Assembly (NCBI GenBank): GCA_964595955.1
Contig: CAZQSF010000001.1
Location: forward strand, 4,456-68,455
Direction of reading: 5' to 3'
From: an uncultured Saprospiraceae bacterium
GTDB lineage: Bacteria > Bacteroidota > Bacteroidia > Chitinophagales > Saprospiraceae
Length of the DNA: 64,000 bases
The notes under the pieces were generated by a model. That model was not told the DNA's origin. It saw only the letters and a program-made list of their open reading frames with translations, and ran no database searches. Below, one piece after another: positions 27,757 to 35,556 of the stretch. The first letter of the stretch is position 1, and every line of letters begins with the position of its first letter. A program made the position numbers and the translations under genes.

Positions 27757-28536
27757 TCAGCCCGTCGTATTGGAAAGCTGGAGCTGAAAGGTGTGGCGCG
27801 GGGTCGTTAGGTCGAAGCCCAGGCTGAATATATCCTGCCTGGGGTTGTCGGTTTCGAAATCCTCAATAAAGGGATGGGTATATTCGACGAGCAGGCTGAA
27901 GAGATCCGTAAAGCGCACCCGGGTGCCTGCGCTGAGTGCAAAGATGGTATTGGGTTCGCCCTGCTCCTCGGTAAAATTGCGATGGACCAAGGCGGGGGCA
28001 AGCTGCACGCTCCACCAGGGAAGGATCTTGCTGGCGATCAATACCTGTGTCAAGTAGCTCAGCTTGTGCCTGAATTCGAGGGATTCTTCGATCTGAGAGG
28101 AATAATCCAGGGTGCGTACCGCGGCCGACCCCATCAGGGTAAGGGTTATGGGCATACCACCGGGCTTTTGACGCAAAAGACGATATTTAAGATAGCCGTC
28201 GTACACCTTATGGGTTCGGCTGCGGCCGAATCCCACGGTCAGGTTGTCGGTAATCCCGTAACCGAGCCCCAATCGCACATTGGCCGTACCATCTAGTCCG
28301 AACAGCTCGTGTATGCCTTCCGAAATCGTGCCACCGAAACGATGCGAAATGATGAACATCAGGTTGTTTTTCCAGAGGGTCTCCACACTGTGACCGTGTA
28401 CGACCCGGAAGGTTCGGAAAGTTTCTTCTACGAATTCCGGCTCCGGTTCCTCCAGGGTGATGGGTTCTTGAGCCCGAGCCAGGGGGCCTGCCAGTAAGAA
28501 CAGGCAAAGGGGCATCCAAAAGAAATGTGACTTCAT
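27757..28536 (-). CDS. DUF5777-like outer-membrane beta-barrel protein. The reading frame breaks at the 3' end, and the last ~32 codons continue in another frame to 27665.
   Basis: Signal MKSHFFWMPLCLFLLAGPLARAQ, with alternating beta-strand patterns (LGLGYGITDNLTVGFGRS, FALSAGTRVRF, FSLGFDLTT). The ORF ends ...FQLQLSNTTG*, while the adjacent frame encodes ...GLIGQEYMTNTLENFFDGDIHIGFNITYKFPL*, a typical barrel C-terminus. Confidence 0.75.
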   Translation of the reverse strand: MKSHFFWMPLCLFLLAGPLARAQEPITLEEPEPEFVEETFRTFRVVHGHSVETLWKNNLMFIISHRFGGTISEGIHELFGLDGTANVRLGLGYGITDNLTVGFGRSRTHKVYDGYLKYRLLRQKPGGMPITLTLMGSAAVRTLDYSSQIEESLEFRHKLSYLTQVLIASKILPWWSVQLAPALVHRNFTEEQGEPNTIFALSAGTRVRFTDLFSLLVEYTHPFIEDFETDNPRQDIFSLGFDLTTPRHTFQLQLSNTTG

Positions 28537-28544
28537 AATACTAC

Positions 28545-28913
28545 TCAATTGGGCTGGGCGCCTTCTTCAACCCAGCGTTTGAACATTGCGACCTCTTGTT
28601 GGGTCATCGTAACAGATGCATCGGATGGCGGCATGGGGTCTTTGTCGTCCTCCAGCCGCCGGATTATTTTTTTGGCTTTCGCCTTGATCATGGCATGGGA
28701 AGTGAACTTGGGAAAAGCACTGCCTTTTCGGCCATGGCAGTCCTCCTGGTTGCACTTGGTCTGGAACAAGGGGACGATATCCGATCGAAAAGAAACGGGT
28801 TCCGCGAGGTTTACTTCGCTTGAGGGAAGGGGCCGTGCATTTTTTCCTTCACCCTTTGAGCCTGACCAGGAAAAGCAGAGCGCGATCAGAAGCGCCGAGA
28901 ATGAGCCGATCAT
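28545..28913 (-). CDS. Small exported protein consisting mainly of a cytochrome-c-like (PSCyt1-like) module with CX4CH
   Basis: MIGSFSALLIALCFSWSGS signal, then FRSDIVPLFQTKCNQEDCHG...MPPSDASVTMTQQEVAMFKRWVEEGAQPN. An alternative TTG start at 28925 would overlap the upstream stop. Confidence 0.75.
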   Translation of the reverse strand: MIGSFSALLIALCFSWSGSKGEGKNARPLPSSEVNLAEPVSFRSDIVPLFQTKCNQEDCHGRKGSAFPKFTSHAMIKAKAKKIIRRLEDDKDPMPPSDASVTMTQQEVAMFKRWVEEGAQPN

Positions 28914-28921
28914 AGGTGTTG

Positions 28922-29683
28922 TCAATTGTTTTTCATGCCCTGGTCGATCCAGGTCTGGATGGTTTGGATTTGCTGATCCGTCAGGGGGTCGCCTTCCGTC
29001 GGCATATCCCCGATCTCGATCAGGTCCATGGATTCTTCAATGCTTGCAGTGATCTGTTCGTAGTTGGTAAGTCGAACCCGGCTGATTGCCATGTTGTCGT
29101 GACAGCCCGCAGAGGCACAGCGGGAAATAAAGATGGGGAGCACTTCATTGGCAAAGCTAACCTCCGGAATATCCACCGTTTTTTCGCGGAAAGTAGCTTC
29201 CAACTCGATCGCCATTTCCGGTATCTCTGCGTTCGTGACGGCTTCGGTGGTAGAATGGATATAAACGGTATCTCCGATCCACCGATTAAACTCCAGCTCG
29301 CTATCCGGCACCCGGGCACTTATGGTTACAATGGTACCTGCAAGATATGCGCCACTACCCTCACCGGCTATAACGGTGAGTCGATAACGCGGTAAGTCGG
29401 CATAGGTAGCTTCTATGCGTAGGTCGTGGAAGGGCATCGTCAGGGTAGTTCGCGGGGCCCGGAGTTCCTCCAGGAAGGCCGTGTCGCCCGTCCAGCGGAA
29501 AAAAGCCTGATTTGGCGGCGGATCGTTCGCTTCAACCGTCAGGTTTTGACCAACCTTGTACTCGCCGGGGTTTTCCCCTTCCAGAACCGTGCCGTTAACC
29601 ACTTCTAAGCGGTGAAAGTTGTTCTCGGTATCGCATCCCCATAGCAATACCCAAAGCGAAGAGGCTATTAAAATCTTTTTCAT
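28922..29683 (-). CDS. Lipoprotein with two InlB-B-repeat-like beta modules and a C-terminal cytochrome-c-like module with CX4CH
   Basis: MKKILIASSLWVLLWGC lipobox. YRLTVIAGEGSGAYLAGTIVTISARVPDSELEFNRWIGD resembles the divergent InlB B-repeat pattern. C-terminus: FANEVLPIFISRCASAGCHD...MPTEGDPLTDQQIQTIQTWIDQGMKNN. Confidence 0.8.
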   Translation of the reverse strand: MKKILIASSLWVLLWGCDTENNFHRLEVVNGTVLEGENPGEYKVGQNLTVEANDPPPNQAFFRWTGDTAFLEELRAPRTTLTMPFHDLRIEATYADLPRYRLTVIAGEGSGAYLAGTIVTISARVPDSELEFNRWIGDTVYIHSTTEAVTNAEIPEMAIELEATFREKTVDIPEVSFANEVLPIFISRCASAGCHDNMAISRVRLTNYEQITASIEESMDLIEIGDMPTEGDPLTDQQIQTIQTWIDQGMKNN

Positions 29684-29908
29684 ACCCTGAAGCTTGGTGA
29701 AAGAATTCAGTAGCTAATTAATACCAGCTCGAAGGGCTCTCGGGTGAGAAAAATCAATAGTTACCTGCCGGGTTTGGATTTGTAATACTTGTATTAACCC
29801 AGGGTCAAGCGAAGGCTAATTGAATGGCTGAAAGGTTCGAAAATCCGGCCGTTGGAAGGCATGGGCTTCGAGCGAGTCCCGATAGGATTTAATAGAAAAT
29901 TAAAGAAT

Positions 29909-29942
29909 CGGCCAGACGCCGCGTCTGGCCGGTTCTTTTTTC
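29909..29942. terminator. Bidirectional-looking intrinsic terminator after the 1783-aa gene
   Basis: cggccagacg-ccg-cgtctggccg gives a 10-bp GC-rich stem. It is flanked by an A-run equivalent on one side and gttcttttttt on the other, about 20 nt beyond the stop at 29962. Confidence 0.6.
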
Positions 29943-29961
29943 ACTTCGCTTCGCAGGCCTC

Positions 29962-32900
29962 CTATCGGCTGATCAAGAAGGCTCGGCTGTAGTTCTTCCA
30001 TTGCAGAACATAGAGCCCAGGGGGCAGGTGATCTACGGGCACCTCCAACAGGGCTTCGGCCTGGGAGGGAAGTGGAATGCTGAACAGGGGTCTGCCCAGG
30101 TTGTCCCAGATGCGGACCACTTCATTTTCCTGAACCTCGGCGCGCCAAAGCTCGACGCGAAGTATATCGCGAGCCGGCTGGGGATATAGCCTCAGTTTGA
30201 AGGCTTCAGATGCAACGGGAGCCACCGAAGTGGTTGTGCCGCAATTCAAAGACTCGGGCCCCAAATCCGTGGGTTGGGGTTCGGATTTGGTGAGGAATAT
30301 TTTATCGAAACGGATCTTGGGTTCTCGCCAGGAGAATTCAATCACATTGGGGCCCGGCGGAAGATCGAAGCTCACCGGGTCAGCGTCATTGCCGTTTTCC
30401 CAATGGCCCACCTGATCCCATTGATAGTCGGGGCCGTGATTGCCTGAGTTGATCTTGTTCCACTTTTGCCAGTCTCCGTCGTTTGCCCGCACCCAGAAAG
30501 AATCATCGTTGTCTCCGGTGGTGACCGTTCGCGCGTAGATCTCGTAGTTGCCGCCTTCGGCTATAATTACCTCAAAACGAACCAGATCTTCCGCGTCATC
30601 AGGTGTACTGTTCAGGCTCGTAGAGCGCGAGGGCGGAGTGATGTAATAGTCGCCCGAAGCTTGAAAGTCCAGCTTTTGCTCCCATTTGCTGCCTACTTCT
30701 GCGCATTCGGCTTCCAGCCAGAAGTCCGTATCGGCTCCCGCAAATACGCCTTCACAATTGCAGAATCCGTCTTCCACATCATTGATGGTATTGGGGTCGC
30801 CATCGTCGCAGGCCGTTCCGGCCGGTGGGCAGGGTATGCCGATGCAATTGCAATCTCCATCTTCCTCATCGTCGTAGGTTGCCGGGTCGTTGTCGTCGCA
30901 AGCCGTTCCGGCCGGCGGGCAATCATCGGGACAGTTTTCGGCCGGCTCGCCTGTGCTCGTGGGCTTGGGTTGGGAAAGAGTAATGAAGACCTTATCGACC
31001 GTAACCTTTACTTCCCGCCAGGCGAAGTCCAGCGTGTGACTTCCCGACTGTAGATCAAAACTCACGGGATCGTCATTCGTTCCTCCGGTCCACTCTCCAA
31101 CCTGATCCCAGTAGAAGGCATCCTTTCCATCGGCTTTGTTGATGGTGTTCCAATTCAGCCATTGCCCGGCATCCATGCGCACCCAGAGGCTATTGCCATC
31201 GGCAGTGACCAAGCTGCGAACAAAGACCTCGTAGGATCCGCTTTCCGGAACCGAAAAGGTAAAGCGAATCCGGTTTTCAGCGCCCGCAGGCGGATTGTTC
31301 AGGCTAATGAAATCCGGGGCTAAGAGCGCTTTTTCTTCGGATGCCGAAGGCGGGGTCACCAAGGTCCAGGCATTACCTACCTCCGCACATTCGGCTTCGA
31401 GCCAGATGGCTACATCATCACCCGGGTCAATAGGCGTGCCTTCACAGTTGCAGAGTCCGTCTTCCACGTCGTTTTCGGTAGCGGGGTCGCCGTCATCGCA
31501 GGCCGTTCCGGCCGGTGGGCAGGGTATGCCGATGCAATTGCAATCTCCATCTTCCTCATCGTCGTAGGTTGCCGGGTCGTTGTCGTCGCAAGCCGTTCCG
31601 GCCGGCGGGCAATCATCGCCGCAGTTTCCGGCCGAACTTCCCAGGCCGGTGGGCAGCCCACTGTCGAGCGTAACGAAAACTTTGTCCACACGCACCTCGG
31701 ACTCACGCCATAAGAAATCCAGGGTGTGGGTGCCGGCAAGCAGATCAAAGCTGAGGGGGACATCGTTGGCTCCGCCATTCCATTCCCCCACCTGATCCCA
31801 GTGATAACCGCCATTCGGGGCATTGGCATTGATGGTATTCCAAATAACCCAAGTCCCATCGTCGACGCGGACCCAGAGGCTATTCGCACTCGGGCTGATT
31901 TGGGTGCGGGCATAAATCTCATAATTGCCTGACTCGGACACAGCAAACGAAAAGCGGATTCGCTCCTCCGGGTTATTGGAGGGTGTATTCTTGCTGTTGC
32001 TGGGCGGTGTCAGCAAAGCCTCATTCTGAGAAGCGGCATTGTCCTGAATAATCGTCCAGTCGCTCCCCACTTGGGCGCATTCGGCTTCGAGCCAGATGTC
32101 TACGTTATCACCCGGGTCAATAGGCGTGCCTTCACAGTTGCAGAGGCCATCCTCCACATCGTTTTCTGTGGATGGATCGCCGTCGTCACAAGCGGTACCG
32201 GCGGGCGGGCAAGGAGTGCCGGCACAACCGCAGTTGCCGTCGGCTGTGTCGTTTCCGGTGGTAGGGTCACCGTCATCGCATGGGGTACCGGCAGGTAGGC
32301 AGGCATCCCCTACACAATTGCAGAATCCGTCCTGCACATCATTGGTGGTATTGGGGTCGCCGTCGTCACAAGCAGTACCGGCGGGCGGGCAGGGAGTGCC
32401 CTCGCAGTTGCAATTGCCGTCTTCCACATCGTTTCCGGTGGTAGGGTCACCGTCATCGCATGGGGTACCGGCAGGTAGGCAGGCATCCCCTACACAATTG
32501 CAGAATCCGTCCTGCACATCATTGGTGGTATTGGGGTCGCCGTCATCGCAGGCGGTACCGGCGGGCGGGCAAGGAGTGCCGGCACAACCGCAGTTGCCAT
32601 CGGCTATGTCGTTTTCCGTGGCGGGGTCACCGTCGTCGCATAGGGTGCCGGCCGGTGGGCAGGCGTCACCACAATTTACGGCATTGCTTCCCAGTCCGCT
32701 GGGCAGCCCGCCGTCGAGGGTGATAAAGACCTTGTCGACCCTTACCTGAGGCTCTCGCCATGCGATATGCAGGGTATGATTACCTGATTGCAAGGAAAAG
32801 CTAGTGGGCACATCAGCCGCACCACCATTCCAATGGCCAACCTGATCCCAGTGGTATCCATCATTGGGCGCATTGGCATTGATGGTATTCCATTGTTGCC

Positions 32901-35313
32901 AAGTCCCATCATCGACCCGGACCCAGAGGCTATTGGCATCCGGAGTGATCTTGGACCGGACATAGACTTCGTAATCGCCATCTTCCGAAACGCTAAAGGA
33001 AAATTGGATCTGATTTTCAGCTCCATTTGGTGGTGTGCCCATGCTCGTACTGTTAGGTGCTTCCATGGCTTCGTTTTGAGAAGCCGCCCCATCTTGAACC
33101 AGGGTCCACTGATTGCCCAAGTCGCCGCATTCGGCTTCAAGCCAGATATCGGTTTGCTGGTTTGGGTTTGTGCCTTGGCAATTACAGAATCCGTCTTCCA
33201 CATCATTGGTGGTATTGGGGTCGCCGTCGTCGCAAGCTGTACCGGCGGGCGGGCAGGGAACGCCCTCGCAGTTGCAATTGCCGTCTTCCACATCGTTTCC
33301 GGTCGTGGGGTCGCCGTCATTACAAGCAGTTCCAGCCGGTGGGCAAATCACGCCTTCGCAATTGCAGAATCCGTCTTCCACATCGTTTTGCGTATCCGGA
33401 TCGCCATCATTGCAAGCCGTACCGGCGGGCGGGCAAGGAGTGCCTTCGCAATTGCAATTGCCATCCTCCACATCGTTTTCGGTAGCGGGATTGCCGTCGT
33501 CGCAGGCTATGCCAGCCGGCGGACAGTCGTCCGGGTTCAAGGTCACCCAGGCCACCCAATCCTGGTCCGAGGCATTGGGCGGATTACCAATGTCTTTTTG
33601 TCCGGGTCCCGATATGGTATTGAGGGTGCCGTTCACCAGCCCCCCTCCGTTTCTAGGATCGAACCACCGGACTTTAAAGGTGCCATCGAAATCCTCCAAG
33701 TCGAGTGTTATGTCTTCGCCACCTGATCGGTAAATGACGTATGCTTTTCCGGGCTCGGCCAGGCAGAATTTGTCATTGCTGTCGTTATTGTTGCCGATTA
33801 GGCTGTTGTGATTGTCCATGTTCCAGAACTCTACGTGCTGGGTCATGAATTCGTGGGCATGGCGATTATAAATCCACATGTTGCTGCGGGAGCGATAATC
33901 TTCGCAGGTGAGGTCGGAGTGGGGAAGCTGATAACCGAAATAATATTCAACGCCCCCGCCTCCGGCCAGCAGGTTTCCCCAGAGAACGGCGTTTCGGATA
34001 TCATCCTGGGTAGGCGTGCCGATGTAGGCATCGTGAGGCACGCCGGTGGATGCACTGCCTTGCTCGTCGTTGGCTGCCACCCAGGCCTTCCCAGCATTTT
34101 CTGCACTTTCGATCCACTGAAGCGTTCGCTTGTGAACTCCGCTCCATTTCACCTGCAAACTGGCACCCGTGTAAGCTGTGCCGTTGCCCAGCAAGGCGGG
34201 ATATACATCGTCGTCCTGGTTGGGATAGGTGTGGATGACGATGTGGTGGTTGTAGGGATCGTTCTGGGCGAAATAGTCGGCAAAATCGATGCGCTGCTGA
34301 TCGGTATTGGTGTTTTCTTCGCCTATGTTCCAATTGAGTGCAAGATGATGGGCAAAACGAGCAATGAGTTCCCGGTAGTACAGCCTGCGCTCGGGCCCTA
34401 GGCTGCCGCCATCCAGCAACTGGTCGTTTTCGGTCTCCTGTGTTTTGAAGTGGAGGTAAAGCCCCAATTTGTCAGCATGCTCAAAAACGACTTCCCACTG
34501 GTCGAGTTTGGAGCAGTCCATGCGGAGGCGATCCTGCGCATCGTCGGAGATATAGGGAAATACATTCTTGTCATCCCCCTGAATATTCATGGTTAGGAAG
34601 GAAAAAACATTCTGCCCTTGTCCTGCCAAGTAATTCAGGGCGCCAATGATGCCTTTGCCTTTGCCGTTTTGCCAGGTGGGGTCGCCGGTGCTCCAGTCTT
34701 GTTCGTGAGGTCCCCAACTTTTTCGCCGCCCTCCTTGGTCGGGGGTGTTGTCGAAATCGTCATAAGCCAGGAAGTTCTCCGGGGCATCTGCGCCGATCTT
34801 GAGGAAGTACTCCCCCGTTTCGGCAAAGCGCAGATAGCGCTGCCCAACGTATTGCAACATCCCCTTGGCTCGGTGGTCCCGGCCGGTTTTATCCGTAGGA
34901 TCTATGTTAAAGGAGCCCGAGAGCCCGTCAAAGGCCACCGGCGATCCCGCTGAATCGCTGTCGTCCATTGCCACCTGGTTACCTGTTCGGAAGGATGCCG
35001 TCCAATTCCAGGTTCCGGTTTTGTCCGGTGCAAAATGGACGCGCCATTTGTTGCCGCCTGAAGCGCTGGTTTCGGCGGCGTTGCCGTCGGCGGCATAATA
35101 GCCCGGCACCGTATAGGATGTGCTGCCGTTTGTAAAGGTCACGTTCAACCGGTAATCGGTGAATGGATTGGTAGCCGCCGTTTCGGAGGTGCTGGGACCG
35201 TCGAAAGTCAAAGTAATCTTATGCCACTTTTTGAGCTCCCCATCCAGGGTATACTGGGCGAAAAGGGGAAAAGTTAGGAAAAGGGTAAGAAGTAAGCTGG
35301 AAATGAATCTCAT
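29962..35313 (-). CDS. 1783-aa T9SS-secreted multidomain protein: DUF5060-like N-domain, TIM-barrel glycosidase-like core (DUF4038/GH140-like) with a collagen-binding-like beta domain, 14 Cys/Asp-rich 29-30-aa repeats in four blocks, four CBM-like modules, and a T9SS C-terminal sorting domain
   Basis: Signal MRFISSLLLTLFLTFPLFAQ. WHKITLTFDG...YRLNVTFTNG is DUF5060-like. LNWNIGEENT is a GH-clan-A-like NEx motif. FCLAEPGKAYVIYRSGG...FKVRWFDPRNGG follows. Repeats CPPAGTACDDGDPNTTNDVEDGFCNCEG occur in blocks at 33172..33525 (x4), 32128..32661 (x6), 31438..31611 (x2) and 30748..30921 (x2). CBM-like modules start with WLEAEC and end with WRE.xVxVDKVFITL. The CTD reads LRLYPQPARDILRVEL...PGLYVLQW. 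Confidence 0.9.
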   Translation of the reverse strand: MRFISSLLLTLFLTFPLFAQYTLDGELKKWHKITLTFDGPSTSETAATNPFTDYRLNVTFTNGSTSYTVPGYYAADGNAAETSASGGNKWRVHFAPDKTGTWNWTASFRTGNQVAMDDSDSAGSPVAFDGLSGSFNIDPTDKTGRDHRAKGMLQYVGQRYLRFAETGEYFLKIGADAPENFLAYDDFDNTPDQGGRRKSWGPHEQDWSTGDPTWQNGKGKGIIGALNYLAGQGQNVFSFLTMNIQGDDKNVFPYISDDAQDRLRMDCSKLDQWEVVFEHADKLGLYLHFKTQETENDQLLDGGSLGPERRLYYRELIARFAHHLALNWNIGEENTNTDQQRIDFADYFAQNDPYNHHIVIHTYPNQDDDVYPALLGNGTAYTGASLQVKWSGVHKRTLQWIESAENAGKAWVAANDEQGSASTGVPHDAYIGTPTQDDIRNAVLWGNLLAGGGGVEYYFGYQLPHSDLTCEDYRSRSNMWIYNRHAHEFMTQHVEFWNMDNHNSLIGNNNDSNDKFCLAEPGKAYVIYRSGGEDITLDLEDFDGTFKVRWFDPRNGGGLVNGTLNTISGPGQKDIGNPPNASDQDWVAWVTLNPDDCPPAGIACDDGNPATENDVEDGNCNCEGTPCPPAGTACNDGDPDTQNDVEDGFCNCEGVICPPAGTACNDGDPTTGNDVEDGNCNCEGVPCPPAGTACDDGDPNTTNDVEDGFCNCQGTNPNQQTDIWLEAECGDLGNQWTLVQDGAASQNEAMEAPNSTSMGTPPNGAENQIQFSFSVSEDGDYEVYVRSKITPDANSLWVRVDDGTWQQWNTINANAPNDGYHWDQVGHWNGGAADVPTSFSLQSGNHTLHIAWREPQVRVDKVFITLDGGLPSGLGSNAVNCGDACPPAGTLCDDGDPATENDIADGNCGCAGTPCPPAGTACDDGDPNTTNDVQDGFCNCVGDACLPAGTPCDDGDPTTGNDVEDGNCNCEGTPCPPAGTACDDGDPNTTNDVQDGFCNCVGDACLPAGTPCDDGDPTTGNDTADGNCGCAGTPCPPAGTACDDGDPSTENDVEDGLCNCEGTPIDPGDNVDIWLEAECAQVGSDWTIIQDNAASQNEALLTPPSNSKNTPSNNPEERIRFSFAVSESGNYEIYARTQISPSANSLWVRVDDGTWVIWNTINANAPNGGYHWDQVGEWNGGANDVPLSFDLLAGTHTLDFLWRESEVRVDKVFVTLDSGLPTGLGSSAGNCGDDCPPAGTACDDNDPATYDDEEDGDCNCIGIPCPPAGTACDDGDPATENDVEDGLCNCEGTPIDPGDDVAIWLEAECAEVGNAWTLVTPPSASEEKALLAPDFISLNNPPAGAENRIRFTFSVPESGSYEVFVRSLVTADGNSLWVRMDAGQWLNWNTINKADGKDAFYWDQVGEWTGGTNDDPVSFDLQSGSHTLDFAWREVKVTVDKVFITLSQPKPTSTGEPAENCPDDCPPAGTACDDNDPATYDDEEDGDCNCIGIPCPPAGTACDDGDPNTINDVEDGFCNCEGVFAGADTDFWLEAECAEVGSKWEQKLDFQASGDYYITPPSRSTSLNSTPDDAEDLVRFEVIIAEGGNYEIYARTVTTGDNDDSFWVRANDGDWQKWNKINSGNHGPDYQWDQVGHWENGNDADPVSFDLPPGPNVIEFSWREPKIRFDKIFLTKSEPQPTDLGPESLNCGTTTSVAPVASEAFKLRLYPQPARDILRVELWRAEVQENEVVRIWDNLGRPLFSIPLPSQAEALLEVPVDHLPPGLYVLQWKNYSRAFLISR
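30806..30928. repeat. 123-bp exact direct repeat, copy 1 (inside the 1783-aa gene)
   Basis: Base-by-base comparison shows 30806..30928 is identical to 31496..31618, an offset of 690 bp. Confidence 0.9.
31496..31618. repeat. 123-bp exact direct repeat, copy 2
   Basis: Identical to 30806..30928. Confidence 0.9.
32249..32544. repeat. Tandem duplication with 180-bp period (116 bp exactly identical) inside Cys-repeat block 2
   Basis: 32249..32364 is identical to 32429..32544. In addition, a 43-bp identity taccggcgggcgggcaaggagtgccggcacaaccgcagttgcc recurs at 360-bp spacing. Confidence 0.9.
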
Positions 35314-35556
35314 GTGTTGCAGAATAGGGTTTTTAGGTGCATAGATTGCACCCTCTGAGTGAGTTAAAGGTCGATTTGTTAACTGGGAGGGTGATTACAA
35401 TCTGGGGGGGAATTGCTGTAAAAGTACAGTTTTGTAAGGAGCCTGCCTAATGAAACTAGGTTGCGTCGGCAAAATGAGTCTAGTCGGTCGGTTCCAAATA
35501 TCCGGCGGCACGTCTGCTTGCGGAATTGGTTACTTTTGTCCTTTTACGTTTTAGAC

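Noticed and set aside
32128-32661. Regular ~90/180-bp periodic repeats that could be mistaken for a CRISPR-like array.
   Set aside because: The repeats are contiguous with no unique spacers. They lie in one long ORF and encode a coherent peptide repeat.
32096-33733. Ser/Pro/Gln-rich plus-strand ORFs (32096..32749, 33113..33733 and similar at 30686.. and 31295..) with striking internal repeats.
   Set aside because: They are the antisense reading of the Cys/Asp-rich coding repeats of the 1783-aa minus-strand gene.
35314-35556. Possible lysine riboswitch upstream of the aspartate kinase gene.
   Set aside because: I could not find the conserved L-box core elements or a convincing multi-helix junction by eye. 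A cmscan would be needed to exclude it formally.
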